Origin: the human T2T-CHM13v2.0 reference genome, Homo sapiens
Reading direction: 5' to 3' (one strand)
NCBI RefSeq assembly: GCF_009914755.1
Contig: NC_060933.1
Length of the DNA: 64,000 nucleotides
Below, one piece after another: positions 1-18,224 of this stretch. Within the stretch, counting starts at the first letter, position 1, and every line of letters begins with the position of its first letter. Below the pieces are notes generated by a model. That model was given only the letters and a program-made list of their open reading frames with translations, was not told where the DNA came from and ran no database searches. Both the position numbers and the translations under genes were made by a program.

Positions 1-94
1 TCACCAAATACAAGGTTTGTGAGCTTTTAAATGCATCATCCTCTGCTAGGTGATGGGAATTTGGGAACAAAAAGGCTATTTTCTTTTAAAATAC

Positions 95-1050
<956 letters not shown>

Positions 1051-1299
1051 TTCATACATTTTTATTTTAAATATGCCATCCTAGTCCCGGATCAATGCAG
1101 AGTCCGGTGGGGAGTGAAGGAGTGAAGGAGAACATGAAACTATACTTTGAGAAAGGCGGAGGCCGCCGCACACAGAAAATACCGTGGGAGCTCAGTGGGA
1201 AGTGTGCCTGGGTCCTGACTCCTGAGACTGCATGAAGTGGGGAGGGGCTTGCTGGAGAAGAGGAGGAGGGGCTACTGACCAGGTCAAAGGGAGAGACAA

Positions 1300-1796
<497 letters not shown>

Positions 1797-1871
1797 TTAA
1801 TGTTAGAAAATGTGCAAATGCAATGTTACTTTATGAGCCCCAACGTGGTTTTTTAAAAATCTGCATATTTA

Positions 1872-2141
<270 letters not shown>

Positions 2142-2623
2142 TCAACCCTTTAATGGGGTCATTTTATAATGACATTGCAGTGGTGCCTTGTGTATAAGGC
2201 AATGTTACTTATTTACTACAAATACTAGAAGGAGTTATAAATGTATATGGTAGTGAAAATCCATAAAATTGTGACCTTAACTCTCTTGTCAATTGGCACA
2301 TCAATAGGAAGTTTTATGATGAAGTCACGTAAAGTGACAGACTTCTTCAGAAATATTCAGTTACAGATAGCATTGGCCAGGAGGAAGCAAAGGAGAAGGT
2401 GGCTCACACATTGCAGCTCGTTATTTGCTTATACAGGTGAACACTTCTGTTTAAGCTTTGTGATTTGAAACAGCCACCCACCCACCCTCACGGATCGTCC
2501 CATTCATTTCTGTGACCCCTTCTGACCATGCAGACATGCACGCCTTCCCAGCCCCACTTACGCAGACATACAATTCTATTTGGCTCCCCTAATCACTTCT
2601 TAACACCCTCTCTTCTAGAGTTT

Positions 2624-2710
2624 CTAGTGCTTTCCAACTTTTTATGTCATGGTACACATAGAAAGAATAATAATATTGCTATGCACACTGGAATAAACTG
2701 GAAGAGGTTT
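2624..2710. mobile_element. hAT-Charlie MITE fragment (Charlie4z-like)
   Basis: tagtgctttccaactttttatgtcatggtacacatagaaa resembles the recalled terminal consensus. Confidence 0.4.
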
Positions 2711-2959
2711 GAAGCACTTATCTATGGGGGGATTTAGTAGATAATTTATATCTTTTATATTATAAAGTTTTTAAAGATGCAAAGCATTAGAAAAAATATT
2801 AAATATGAAATTCATATAAAACTTCCAAATAAAAGCTTTTCAAGTCTTTGATTGAGAACCCTAAACTTCCTTCCATGAATATCAATTTTTTAATGCCTAA
2901 AATGGCAGCATGCAGTCTCTGAGTATGACTTTAATAACGAATGGATTTCTAGTTTTCCA

Positions 2960-3404
2960 TGTACATTTGTTTCTCAGGACTTCCATAATAAAGAACCAGT
3001 CACTAGTGGCTTAAAGCAAATATATTCTCTCACAGTTCTGCAGGCAAGAAATCTGAAATCAAGGTGTTGCCAGAGTTGGTTTCTTCTGAGGGCTCCAAGG
3101 GGGGATCTATTCCAGGCTGCTCTCCTAACTTCTGGTGACCGCTGTTGATGGTTGGTGTTCCTCGGCTTGTAGATGTTCTCCAGTCTCCATCTCTGTCTTC
3201 ACATGGAGCTCTCCCTGTGTGTCCCCACCTCTTCATATTAGGGCATCAATCTTCCTGGATTAGGAACCCACCTACTCCAGTGTGACCTCACCTTAACTGA
3301 TTACATCTGCCACAACCCTATTTTCAAGTAAAGTCATATCCTGAAGTGCAGAGGGTTAGGACTTCAACATTTCTTTTTTGGCGGACACAAGTCAACACAT
3401 AACA
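2960..3404 (-). mobile_element. MaLR solo LTR, MLT1B/C-like
   Basis: Ends ggacacaagtcaacacataaca (reverse complement of the MLT1 start); internal ctcacagttctg...tgaaatcaaggtgttg motif. Confidence 0.85.
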
Positions 3405-3769
3405 CCGCGGAACTTTTTCAAAGCAAGCATTTCAAAATAACAGTGAGGTTCTAATTTGGTCTGACCTGCACTCACAGAGTTCTGGGGAAAGCTGCCCTGT
3501 GGCTGGAGATGCTGCCCCAGGGGCTCCAGCCATCTCACCGGCAGGACTGCCCTGACATTCATCGATGGAGTGCTCGCATCCTGCAGCTCCTGGTGGCAAG
3601 CTTCTCTTGGCCTCTGTTGCCCTACTTCTCTGACTATTCCTTCCAATCTCTCCACTGGTTCCTGTTCTTCCACCTACTCCTTCAAATTGGGTGTTTCTGG
3701 GGTCCCAGCGCTGCCTCATTTCCTTCTGCTGACTTATTGTTTACTCTTGAGGCTGGACGGTAAGCCCAC

Positions 3770-4240
3770 TGTTACCCACGTCTCCTCCCAGCTGTCTACC
3801 CTGAGCTTCAGATCTATGGGGGATCTGACATGTCCCTGCCCCGCCTCCTCCACCTGAATTCAGGATCACGTCTTCACACCCCACACCTGCTCTTCTGACT
3901 CAATTAATGGCTCTTCCCATCACAAGATACACAGCCAGCAATTCTGCAGCACCGTTGACAGCTCCTGCTCTGTTCCCAAAGGAGTTTGTCAGGCACCATG
4001 TCCACATTCTCAGGGGTGTTTTGCAAGGCCCCTGGTAAGTTTGTTTGTTGCATTCCTCTCCAGCGTGTCTCCACACCCTGCCACTCTTCCTTAGTGAAGA
4101 AACAGAATGATGTGCAGTTTTATGACTTTCTCACTCTCCCACACCTGTTCGTTGTCCTTCCCTTCACCTACTTCCTGCATCTTCTACTTTACACGTATCC
4201 TTTAAGATGCACATGGCTCAAATGCCACTTCATCAGTGCA
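3770..4240 (+). mobile_element. L2 fragments
   Basis: Degenerate L2 motifs (ctgagcttcagatc; cacacctgctcttctgactcaattaatggc; atggctcaaatgccactt). Confidence 0.45.
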
Positions 4241-4354
4241 TATGGGGGCTCATCAACTCTACATGAGAGAGTCAGAGGGACTTCACAAATGAGGCTTTCT
4301 CTTATCACATTTAAATCTCTAATGTATTAGTAGTCATTTAGGTGTGAAAGTCTA

Positions 4355-4862
<508 letters not shown>

Positions 4863-5431
4863 GTCTCCATCTGGCATAAGGAGAAAGGGGAGATGGAATT
4901 GCATTGTGAATGCAGCCACTGTAGCTAGCGGATGGGGCGTCCCTTAGCCAAGCCCTTGTCTCTCCCAGCTGCAGTCAGTCACCTGACTCACACATAGCCT
5001 GAGACAGTTTCCTTTCCCATCAGGAAGACCATCAGATGCCCTCCGAATGGGATAGAAATTGGTCTTAGTATCAGGAAGTTGGCACTGATGGCCCAGATCT
5101 TGCATTTGTTTTTCTCGTCTTACTGCTAGGTCTTTTCTCCTTTTAAATGAGTGATCTTTTGATCCACTGCCTTGCCTGACTTCTCATTCAACAGCCAATT
5201 AGCCAGCATCATGTAGCTACCTCCCCAAAATTCAAAATTCCGTGTCACCATAACTGGCTGTATTTCCTTACCCCAAACTATTCACACGTATTCAGTCCTC
5301 CTTCATTCTATTTGTCTTCCTCTAAGGACCTAGAGACAGATTCTCTAGACAGCCTGAATTCATGCTTATCCTCCAGCTTACTTTTAGAGTTTTGTCTGGC
5401 TATTCCTAGCCATAAGGAAAGTCAAATAGTT

Positions 5432-5520
5432 GAGTCAATGGAATAGAGAACACAGAAATAGATCCTAGTAAATACAGGAATGTAATATCCGACAAGGGAG
5501 ATAATTTAATTCAGTGAGAA
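5432..5520 (+). mobile_element. Old L1 ORF2 fragment
   Basis: caatggaatagagaacacagaaatagatcc motif typical of L1 ORF2. Confidence 0.5.
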
Positions 5521-5679
5521 TTAAATTCATTCACACTTTCATTTCCTTGAGCTACTTTATAACTGCAAGTCATAGAAAATGGATAGTAACACAAACGATT
5601 CTTGTCTATAAAAATGCAAAAATATTCTAGTGAAACAAAACTGATTATTTTGGTGTACAGTGACCAGTTTTGCCAGTTT

Positions 5680-6050
5680 TTGCATCCACTTGTAAATTCA
5701 TTTCAACACTTCCTTATCAGACCATCAGTATGATACTTCAATTCACCTCTGACTCTGTTGTAACATCTTACTAGTTCCCTCATTAATTACAGTTCAATAA
5801 AATCTTTGACAGGTGTTTATTTTATATCTTTATGAGAGTCATAAATACCTTTAAAATTTTATCTTTTAACAAAACAAAAATTAAAAAATGATATAAAATA
5901 ATGTATCAGCAGCATCCAAAATATTTATTAAAATTCTTATAGTATTTCCACAATATTTCTGTGAATATGGAACTTGGAAATAGGTGAATTTAGAGCTAAA
6001 GAAATGTTAATATACCAACTCAATTTTTATCAAACATGATTAAACTGAAC
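5680..6050 (+). mobile_element. Decayed hAT/Charlie transposase C-terminal remnant
   Basis: 5927-5971 translates IKILIVFPQYFCEYG, similar to the LKILLPFxTTYLCExGFS motif of the Charlie/Buster hAT dimerisation domain; boundaries approximate. Confidence 0.5.
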
Positions 6051-6117
6051 TCTTGCTGGGAGAATATTGCTCTTTGGTCTAAAACCTACAATGATGTATG
6101 TACTATAAAAGAAGTTA

Positions 6118-6433
<316 letters not shown>

Positions 6434-6682
6434 TTAAGAGCTTCATAATTTGGAACAAAAGAGAAAATCAAGTTCGGAAATTTAAAACAAAGAGTATACA
6501 AACTCAAAATCTTAAAGAAAATTTACATGCAATCTGGAATTAGAAAGCTGAGTTCCTACTCAGTGGAGATAATGAATGAGAATGGCAGAGAGAGTTCAAG
6601 CTATAATTCTATCCTTTCCTATTAGACTGAAAACATATAATTAGACTCTTCTCCGAACCTCAGCATTTGTTGATGCCATCTG

Positions 6683-7150
6683 CATCAGTTAGGATTGCTT
6701 TTGGCAGCATTGACAGAACTCTGACCGGAGTACCTAAAACAAGTAAGGGTTTCTTTTTCTCATGTCCCAAGTAGCCTGGAGATAGGTGGCCCTGGGAAGG
6801 TGCAGGGGCTCTGATGTCACAGGCACAGTCCCCTCTGTAGCTTTCCACTCTGCCAGCCTTAGCATGTGCTTTCTCATGCTTCAAAGATGACCAGCACCCA
6901 GGCATCATGGGCATGCTCTGGGAAGGAAGAATTGCAAAACGCACTTGCTCACTTTCAGTTTGATCCTTTTTATAAGAAGCCACTCACAGTGGCTGGCCTT
7001 CAGCTTACACCTCATTGGCTAGAATTGTTCACAAAGCCACACTTACCTCCAAGGGAGCCTGGGAAATTGAGTATTTAGTTGGATACATCACTATTTCTAA
7101 TAAATTCTTGGTTCTGAAGCATGAAAGAAGAGGTATAGTCAAGATATGGG
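6683..7150 (-). mobile_element. Old MaLR LTR (MLT1J/K/L-like)
   Basis: tcagttaggattgcttttggc start; ctcattggctagaattgttcac...caagggagcctgggaaattgagt motif. Confidence 0.6.
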
Positions 7151-7284
7151 TTATAGGATGTTTATCTGAGTCAGGTAAAATAATAGTAATAGTAGTAGTA
7201 ATAGTAATGGCAAGCACTAAAGCACTGTTGCTCTCTGGGATGAATAGCTGTCCAGAGACAATGCCATAGAAAGAGCTCTGAAAA

Positions 7285-7395
7285 CTCCAAATCCAATCTT
7301 TGGCCTGCCACTGACCAGCTGTATGACCAGGAGTAGCATCTCTCAGCTTTTATTTCCTCATTTATTAAATGGAAATATTGGATTAGCTCTAAAAC
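7285..7395 (+). mobile_element. MIR fragment
   Basis: gccactgaccagctgtatgacc...tttcctcatttattaaatgg core. Confidence 0.55.
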
Positions 7396-7663
7396 TTTAT
7401 CTCAATTACCAACAACTTGGGGTAGGATTTTGGCTGTATCAGTCTCTGTAGAGTGCCACAATCATGCTTTTAAAAAATTATTAAAGTTGGAGTCAGAGGA
7501 ATACATCTGGTAAAACTCTAGGTGAACAAATGAGCCAAGAGTCATAGATAGCTTTGATAGAGTTCCACAAATTACACAGATTAAAAAGAATAAGGGAGAT
7601 GGCATAGAGTTAGGTGCCTTTTATGAAAAATTAAGACATTGATAAATACTATTGATAAAGACC

Positions 7664-8125
7664 TGTGGTAGGTAGAAGTACGGGTCCCCCAAAGACGTCC
7701 ACATCCTCACCTGGGAAGGGACTTTGCCAGGGTAGTGAATAGCTAGGAACCCTGAGATGGAGAGATCATCCTAGATTTATCCCGGTGGGCCCAATGGACT
7801 CAGAATGGTCCTTAACAGTGGAGGGAGGCAGAAAAGGAGCTCAGAGTGATGGGATGTGAAAGGGACTTGACCTATTGTTGCTGGCTTTGAAGATGAAGGG
7901 GGAGACCACCGGCCAAGGAGTGCAGGCAGCCTCTAGACACTGAAGGAGGCAAGGAAATGGATTCTCCCTGGAGTCTACAGGGAGGAATGCAGCCTGCTGA
8001 CACCTTGATTTTAGTTCAGTGAGCTGTGTGTTGGACTCGGAACTCCAGAACTCTAAGAGAATACATTCATGCTGCTGTAAGCCACAAGTCTATGGTCACT
8101 GTGGCGGCAGTATAGGATATTCAGG
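7664..8125 (+). mobile_element. MaLR solo LTR, MLT1D-like
   Basis: tgtggtagg...cccccaaagacgtccacatcc start; gctggctttgaagatg and ggattctccctggagtc motifs. Confidence 0.85.
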
Positions 8126-8214
8126 TAGATACTCTCTCTCCCTTCCTTACCCACCTGCCCTCTGTTGCCTGAGGCAACACACCAAAGCTTAGAAAGAAAA
8201 CTTATTTTAAACAT

Positions 8215-9490
8215 GTTTAAACGTAAGACCTGCCACTGTAAAACTACTAGAAGGAAACATAGGGGAAATACTTCAGGACATTAGACAAAAAATTTATGGC
8301 TAAAACCTCAAAAGCACAGTCAACAAAAGCAAAAACAGACAAATGGGACTGTGTTAAAGTAAAAAGCTTCTGTGCAGCAAAGGAAACAATCAACAGAGTA
8401 AAGAGACAATCTAGAATGGGAGAAAATATTTGCAAACTGCTCATATGACAAAGGACTAGTATCCAGAATTTACAAGGAACTCAAATGACTCAATAGTGAA
8501 AGACAAATAATCCCATTAAAAAGTGAGCAATAGATCTGAATAGACATTTCTCAAAAGAATACATACAAATGACCCACAGGTATATGAAAAATGCTCAGTA
8601 TCACCCATCATCAGGGAAATGCAAACCCAAGGCACACGAGATATCGTCTTACCTCAGTTAGAATGGCTGTTATCAAAAAGACAAAAATTAGCAAATGCTG
8701 GTGGGGATGTGGAGAAATGGGAACTCTTACACACTGTTAGTGGAAATTTAAATTAGTACAGCCCTTATGGAAAACAGTATGAAAGTTTCTCAAAAAACTA
8801 AAAATAGAACTTCCATATGATCCAGCATCATATGGAATAATACCCTACTCCTGGGTATTTATCCAAAGGAAAGGACATCAGTTTATTACAAGGATACCTG
8901 CACCCCCATGTTTATTGCAGCACTATTCACAATAGTCAAGATATGGAATCAACCTAAGTGTCCATCCAGAGATGAATGGATAAAGAAAATGTGGTTCTTA
9001 TACACAATGGAGTACTATTCAGTCATAAAAGAGAATGAGATCCCATCATTTGCAGCAACATTGTTGGAACTGGAGATCATCATGAGTGAAACAAGCCAGG
9101 TACAGAAAGACAAATATTGCATGTTTTCACTCATATTTGGGAGCTAAAAAAGTGGTTTTCATGGTGATAGAGTGATAGCTACCAGAAGCTGGGAATCGGG
9201 AGCAGCGGGGGATGTTGGTTGACGGATACAAACATACAATTAGATAGAAGGACTAAGACGTAGTGTTCAATAGCGTCACAGGGTGCCTACAGTTACCGAC
9301 ACAGTATTGTATATTTCCAAATAGCTAGAAGAGAAGAAATGCTCCCAATAAAAAGAAATGATCATTGTTTGAGGTGATAGATATTGTAATTACCCTGACT
9401 TGATCATTATACATGGTATGCATGTATCAAAATACCACATGTACTCCATAAATATGTACACTTCTTATTTATCAATTAAAAAAAGAAAAA
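8215..9490 (+). mobile_element. L1MA-like 3' fragment (end of ORF2, 3'UTR, A tail)
   Basis: ORF 8908-9147 is the L1 ORF2p C-terminus (MFIAALFTI..WNQPKCPS..EWIKKMW); L1MA-type 3'UTR; A-rich end. Confidence 0.92.
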
Positions 9491-9899
9491 ATGTTACTAA
9501 TACTCCCTAGTCTGGCGGAACTGTTTGCATCCTCCAGGAAAGACATGATAAGTAGTTGACATTTCAATGGCTGATTTTGATAACCTGAGAGCGACTGCTA
9601 TTGAAGAGGATTCTGAGCCAAGTCAGGTCAAAGGGGAGAGTGGCATGACTGAGCAGTGGTGTCTACCCCGGGTGTGGTGATGGCACATGGAGCTGCTGCT
9701 TCTGTTCAAGGTTCACTGTTCATTTCCATTGCTTTGTTATTTTCCACAAAGTCCCTGTAACGTCTCCTAAAAGCACAAGCAAAGCTCTACCAGGTGTGAC
9801 TCAAGGCCTGTGAATGTGAGGCGCTGTCCCAAGGGTATCTGCTGGAGCACTCAGTGCCTGTTAGTGGGCCACTCTGTCATGGCACTCAAAGGATGAGGC

Positions 9900-10200
9900 C
9901 TGAAGGGGTGCTGTGGGTGCTGTGCAAGTTTCCAGCTGCCCAGATCTTTCTCTCTGGGCCTGAGGACTATTTGCCTTCCCAGCAGCCAAAGTCACACTAC
10001 CTTGCAGTGCCGAGGAATCAATAACCCCTTCCTACCCAGCAGCTCTCAGTGGAGTCTAATTGTGGCAGGTGGTGGACCTTCAGAAGTTGGTGCATAAACA
10101 CCCCGACTAGACCCCCCAGCCTGGGTTGGCATAATTCCAAGGCTTATGTCCTGTGCAGTTGCCCAGAGTCTCCCTGCAGGATTAAGCCTCAGCCTCCCGT
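9900..10200 (+). mobile_element. LTR16-like ERVL LTR fragment
   Basis: gcataaacacccc and cagagtctccctgcaggattaagcctcag motifs shared with the other LTR16-like copies. Confidence 0.55.
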
Positions 10201-10400
10201 CAATGTCCAGAGGTATTACTCATGCACAACACATTCCGAATTCTACGTTCTTCTCCTCCTGCTTTCTAGAGGCTGTACATTTCTGAATATTTAGTACTTA
10301 AAAGGAAGAAATACACATCCATGGCAAAAAGTCAAAGAGTGCCAAAGGTACAGAAAGAAGAGTAAGTGTCCTTGTTCTATCCTTGACTTCAAATCCTCCA

Positions 10401-12422
<2,022 letters not shown>

Positions 12423-12667
12423 AAATCCTTCATGACCTTCTCCAGAGACAGCCATCATTTTGGGACTTTATTTATCTCTTAAGATTGTTTTGTATATAAT
12501 TAGATGTGTATGTGTATATGTCCCTTTCTTTATAAAAAGGTGGCATAGAAAACTAGTAATCTATCTTCGGTTTTAAACTATTTTTAAATATGCCTTTCCA
12601 TATCACTATATGTTATTTCTAATTTTTTGCATGATCCTTAACTGCTGAGATTGAAGACAGGAAATAC

Positions 12668-12971
12668 TTTTATTTTATTTTATTTTATTTTCAGATGGAG
12701 TCTCACTCTGTCACCCAGGCTGGAGTGCAGTGGCGCAATCCTGGCTCACCACAAACTGCCTCCTTGGTTCAAGCGATTCCTCTGCCTCAGCCTCCCGAGT
12801 AGCTGGGATTATGGGCGCGCACCACCAGACCCAGCTAATTTTTGTATTTTTAGTAGAGATGGGTTTTAGCCATGTTGGCCAGGCAGGTCTCGAACTCCTG
12901 ACCTCAAGTGATCTGCCCATCTCAGCATCCCAAAGTGCTGGGATTACAGGCGTGAGCCACCGTGCCCAGCC
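12668..12971 (-). mobile_element. AluSx/Sz-like
   Basis: Reverse Alu with (TTTTA)n tail; TSD ggaaatac at 12660-12667 and 12972-12979. Confidence 0.95.
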
Positions 12972-13928
12972 GGAAATACCTTTTTTTTGAGGTCTAAGAT
13001 AAACCACTTTTTATCCTCCATCCCCCGCTTTTTTTTAAAAAAATTAACTTTTTAATTTCTGAGTATTGTTTAGCACAGCCCAGTGCTATGGTCACCCAAT
13101 CTGTGCTGGCTGGAACAAGTGATGTCATTTGGTAGGCACAATGCTTACGCAAGATTGTCCTGATGATGGTAGTGGCAGTACTTCAGTTTTTCCTCAGGGA
13201 ACAAACCCTTCACACACATTTGTTTACTCTGCCCAGGTCTTTACAGGTCAGGAGTTATTATGTCGTAGGAACTCCAGCTAGACATCTCACAGTCGGAGCT
13301 GCTCCTTGCTTTATCAAGGCAAATGTTTTAGTAGGGAAAGAGCATCCTTTAAAAATGAGCACCAACCACAGATAATACTTGAGTTGGTCTTCAGAAAAGC
13401 CCGTCTCCAAGCATTTCTCCACTTTCAGCTGGAGAAAAGGAGGCGGTCGGTTGTTTAAATGGGCAGGGGCAATGCAGAACCTCAGAAGTCCCTATTGCTG
13501 GGTTTACGAACCCGTCATTCCCAGGGCCCCTCTTTTTGGTGGTTTCCTCTCAGCGGTACTTTAAATGTGCTTTCATCCTACAATCAACTGATGCTTTTAC
13601 AATGTCTATGCTAAAGGCACAAGAAACCAAATTCCCTGTAGAAAAGCAGATGTCAGGAGACTGTATCTGCTGGAATACAGAAGACCCTAACATTTCACAC
13701 TCTAATTTGAGTTCCAAATTGTTCTAGATGCCTGTTTGCAGCAATATTCCTTTGAATTAATTGTTTCAGAGAGTGGAGTATGTTCACATTTTTTTTTTTT
13801 TTTGCCTCAAGAGAATGCGAACCATGATGGACAACTTGTATGATAGAGATAATTAACCAGTGTCAGGCCAAAACTGGAGGATTAGTGTCGGCCAAGCTCC
13901 TGGCTTCTTCTCCTAAATATTTGATCCT

Positions 13929-14205
13929 GGCTGGGTGCGGTGGTTCACACCTGTAATCCCAGCACTTTGGGAGGCCAAGGTGGGCGGGTCACAAGGTCAG
14001 GAGTTCGAGACCAGCCTGACCAACGTGGTGAAACCCCTCTCTACTAAAAATACAAAAATTATCTGGGCATGGTGGCTGTAGCTGTAATCCTAGCTATTCA
14101 GGAGGCTGAGGCAGGAGAATAGCTTGAATCGTGAGGCAGAGGTTGCAGTGAGCCGAGATTGCGCCATTGCACTCCAGCCTGGGTGACAGAGCAAGACTCT
14201 GTCTC

Positions 14206-14228
<23 letters not shown>
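13929..14228 (+). mobile_element. AluSg-like
   Basis: cacaaggtcaggagttcgagaccagcctgacc; poly-A tail. Confidence 0.93.
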
Positions 14229-14236
<8 letters not shown>

Positions 14237-15169
14237 GCATTTGGTGTGATTATCTCTTGAATATCATTTTATAGTTGTCTAGTTTTCAAAAAGGAGTACA
14301 GGGAAAATGATTTTTTATTTTTTCTTAGCAGTGGGCTTTCCATGGAAACAAAGAGCCTACAGAGATTCTTTGCATAATTTAGAAGAAAAAATGAGGACCC
14401 TGAAAAGTTAGCACTTAACTTTTAAAGAGTTCAGGTTTTCTCAAGACAAAATTTAAAATGCTGTGACTTATATAACAGGTCATTACTGTACTTTCTCAGA
14501 AGGTTGGGAATTTGGTTGGTCCAAATTCATTCTGAATACACAGCAGGTTCCATAAAATAAAGCCTTTTATGAACTGCAACGGTCTATTAAATGGAGGCTA
14601 TTTTAGGGAGGTGGATTTTTTTTTCTCCATTGGAGGAAAAGTCTCTGAAAATAATTTCATGGTCTAAATCCATGCCCTAACTGGTCCAATTTTGTCTTCG
14701 TGACCAGGGTCTGCGGGGCAACAAGCTTTTATGATATGCTTCATTATACAATTGCCAGCTATTTCAGGAAATTCCTTCCCGACTTCAGATAACAGTTACT
14801 TTGTGCCCCAAAGCACTGGGATGACCCCCTTATAATTGTATTCAAGCTCGGGTGGTTCAGGCACTGCCTTTACTCTTACACCATGGAGATTCATTAAACC
14901 TACTTTCTCACTGAGCCCTTGGCCACATGGAATGTTCATTTGGAAGTTTCAGTCAAAGGCCCATAGAGCTCTGCTACCCCGCACAAAGTTGTCCTGTATT
15001 TGGTCAACTGACTGTTGAATAATTGGCACTGCTCTGATGCCAATGTGAAAGAATCAGGAAAGGCAGAGTACAGTGCCTGATAGGAGGGACATGTTGATCT
15101 TGCATCAACGCCACTGTGTATGGAACGGGGGTCTGTATGTGTTTGTGGAAGGGCAGGGATAGTCCTGCC

Positions 15170-15370
15170 AGTACAGGGTAGTGGTTCGGAACTGAGACTG
15201 CAGCCAAATATATTCTGCTGTGCACTGGAGTGCAGCCTTGGAAAAGCTAGCTACCTTTGCTTTTTAGTTGTAAATTCCTAACAACTATACCCACCTCAGA
15301 GGGTTGTTATGAGTTGGAAAATGAAATAAGACATGCAAGGGCCTATGCACAGAGCAAGCACTAAATAAGT
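15170..15370 (+). mobile_element. MIR
   Basis: tacccacctcagagggttgttatgag...aagcactaaataagt 3' motif. Confidence 0.6.
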
Positions 15371-15398
15371 GGGAATTAATTTTGAACGATTTGTCCCT

Positions 15399-15849
15399 AT
15401 GGCAGATGCTATGGGTGCCCATATGTTACCCCTTCCTACCACTTCAGAAATCACAGGCCTGACTTCCAGCTGCTGGCATCTGCCCTTCTTTGCCCAAGGG
15501 CTTTCTGTGGCTCTCACACAACAGGTTGGAAGAGCTAGGGAATTAACAACTCTGGAGGCCACCTTCAAACAAGAATCCACTGATGTATAAATACCCCAGC
15601 TCCCCTGCCACTTGACTGGAGTAACTGACTCTCGGGCTTTACCCTGGCTCCATGAGTTCCCCAGTGGAACCGAGCTCCAGTTTTCCACAGGGGTGGCTTT
15701 TGTGATAATGCAGCTTTAGCAACTGTCTTCCCTTCCGCTTCTCTCTTCTCCACTTCCCTGCTGCATTTTTCCACTCGCCACTTCTCAGGAAGCTACTTGC
15801 ACTCAAGTCCTTCCTCAGGGCCACTTCTGGGGAAACCCACATTAAGACA
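15399..15849 (+). mobile_element. LTR16-like ERVL solo LTR
   Basis: tggcagatgct start; tataaataccccagctccc; ends ctggggaaacccacattaagaca. Confidence 0.75.
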
Positions 15850-16267
15850 ATCACCTAGAACATGAGGAAGAATTTCCATTATGAATGTTGGACTCAGTCA
15901 TGGACATTTACATGAATCCTATTCCCAAAACTTCTACAAGGAAGCTTCTTGCAAGCAAGATATGAGGCCTTGTCATCAACTGAGTCATAAAGGGTTTTTA
16001 CTTAATGAGTACACTGGATCCAACACCAACTGTCCGGGTGCTGCGGCAATAAACATATTAAACATCTTTCCTATAGGTTGGTTTCTTCTGCAGCAGTGAT
16101 TTCTGATGTTCTATTTGCCATATTTTTTCACCTTTCAACAGAGAATTCTGTTGTCCTGTCTTAGAATGTTGTGCAAAAACAACAAAACTCTCTCTTTAAA
16201 CATAATCTTTTTTTGAGGCAAAAAAAGGAACAAGAATATCTATAAACGTTGGAGATTCAATCTCTGG

Positions 16268-16563
16268 ATTTTTAGGTTTTTTAAGATATGGTCTTACTCT
16301 GTTGCCCAGGCTGCAGTGCAGTGCCATGATCATGGCTCACTGTAGCCTTGACCTCCCCAGGCTCAGGTGATCCTCCCACCTCTCAGCCTCCCGAGTAGCT
16401 GGACCACAGATGCACCACCACACCTGGCTAATTTTTTGTATTTTTTGTAGAGACAGGGTTTCACCATGTTTCCCAGCCTGGTCTCGAACTCCTGGGCTCA
16501 AGCGATCTGCCCACCTTGGCCTCCCAAGTGCTGGGATTACAGTCATGGGCCACCACACCTGCC
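16268..16563 (-). mobile_element. AluJ
   Basis: gatcatggctcactgtagccttgacctcc; ctcctgggctcaagcgat. Confidence 0.92.
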
Positions 16564-16600
16564 TGTGGATATTGTTTTAAACTGAATGCCTCCTACTTAC

Positions 16601-16911
16601 TTTTTTGTTTTTTTGTTTGTTTGTTTGTTTTTGAGATGGGGCCTCATTCTGTTGCCTAGGCTAGAATGCAGTGGCGCAATCATAGCTCACTGCAGCCTTG
16701 AACTCCTGGGTTCAAGTGAGCCTCCTGCCTCAGCCTCCTGAGTAGCTGGGACTACAGGTGCCCACCATCCCAGCTAATTAAAAAAATTTTTTTTATAGAC
16801 AGGGACTCACTATGTTGCTCAAGCTGGTCTCACACTCCTGGCATCAAGTGATCCTCCTGCCTCAGCCTCCTAAAGTGCTGGGATTACAGGCATGAGCTAT
16901 CACATCTGGTC
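16601..16911 (-). mobile_element. AluJ
   Basis: catagctcactgcagccttgaactcc; (TTTG)n tail; tccta(c/t)tta on both flanks. Confidence 0.92.
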
Positions 16912-17205
16912 TCCTATTTATTTTTGAAAAAAGGAAAGATTTGGTGAAAGTTTTGAGGCTGGCAATTATTTATTTGATGAACACTTGTTGCTACTGGGTA
17001 GAAAGCATGTGGGCCTATCCCTTGGCAATAAAAAGATCAATAAGACCTCCTCTCTCTATATGATTGAGGAAATAGCCATGTGAAACACTAAATATGGTTG
17101 TGAATTATTTAAATATATTTACAAAGCTTGTCTTGCCTTTTTGAAATTCTATAGTATTTACTTTGCAATATCCTGATTAAATTTTCATAATATATAGATT
17201 GCTTA

Positions 17206-17626
<421 letters not shown>

Positions 17627-17680
17627 CTAGTTGATTTCTTCTTTGTAATGGAGGTACATCTAAGGAAAGAGACTCACTGA

Positions 17681-18004
<324 letters not shown>

Positions 18005-18224
18005 GCTCTAGTTTTTTTAGTTCAACTTGGGAAGTTAAATCAGATGAATCTACAATAGCCAAACACTTTGTCAAGGAGCATGTACAGGCACATGCTGTTT
18101 AAGCTTGTGTAATAACTGAGAGATAGGAGCAAAAAAACCATGCAGTACTTCTGTTTGGGGAGATATTTTTTGGTTAATAATTCCAAAGCCTTTGGAAATG
18201 GACATGATAGAGACACATGCCCAC

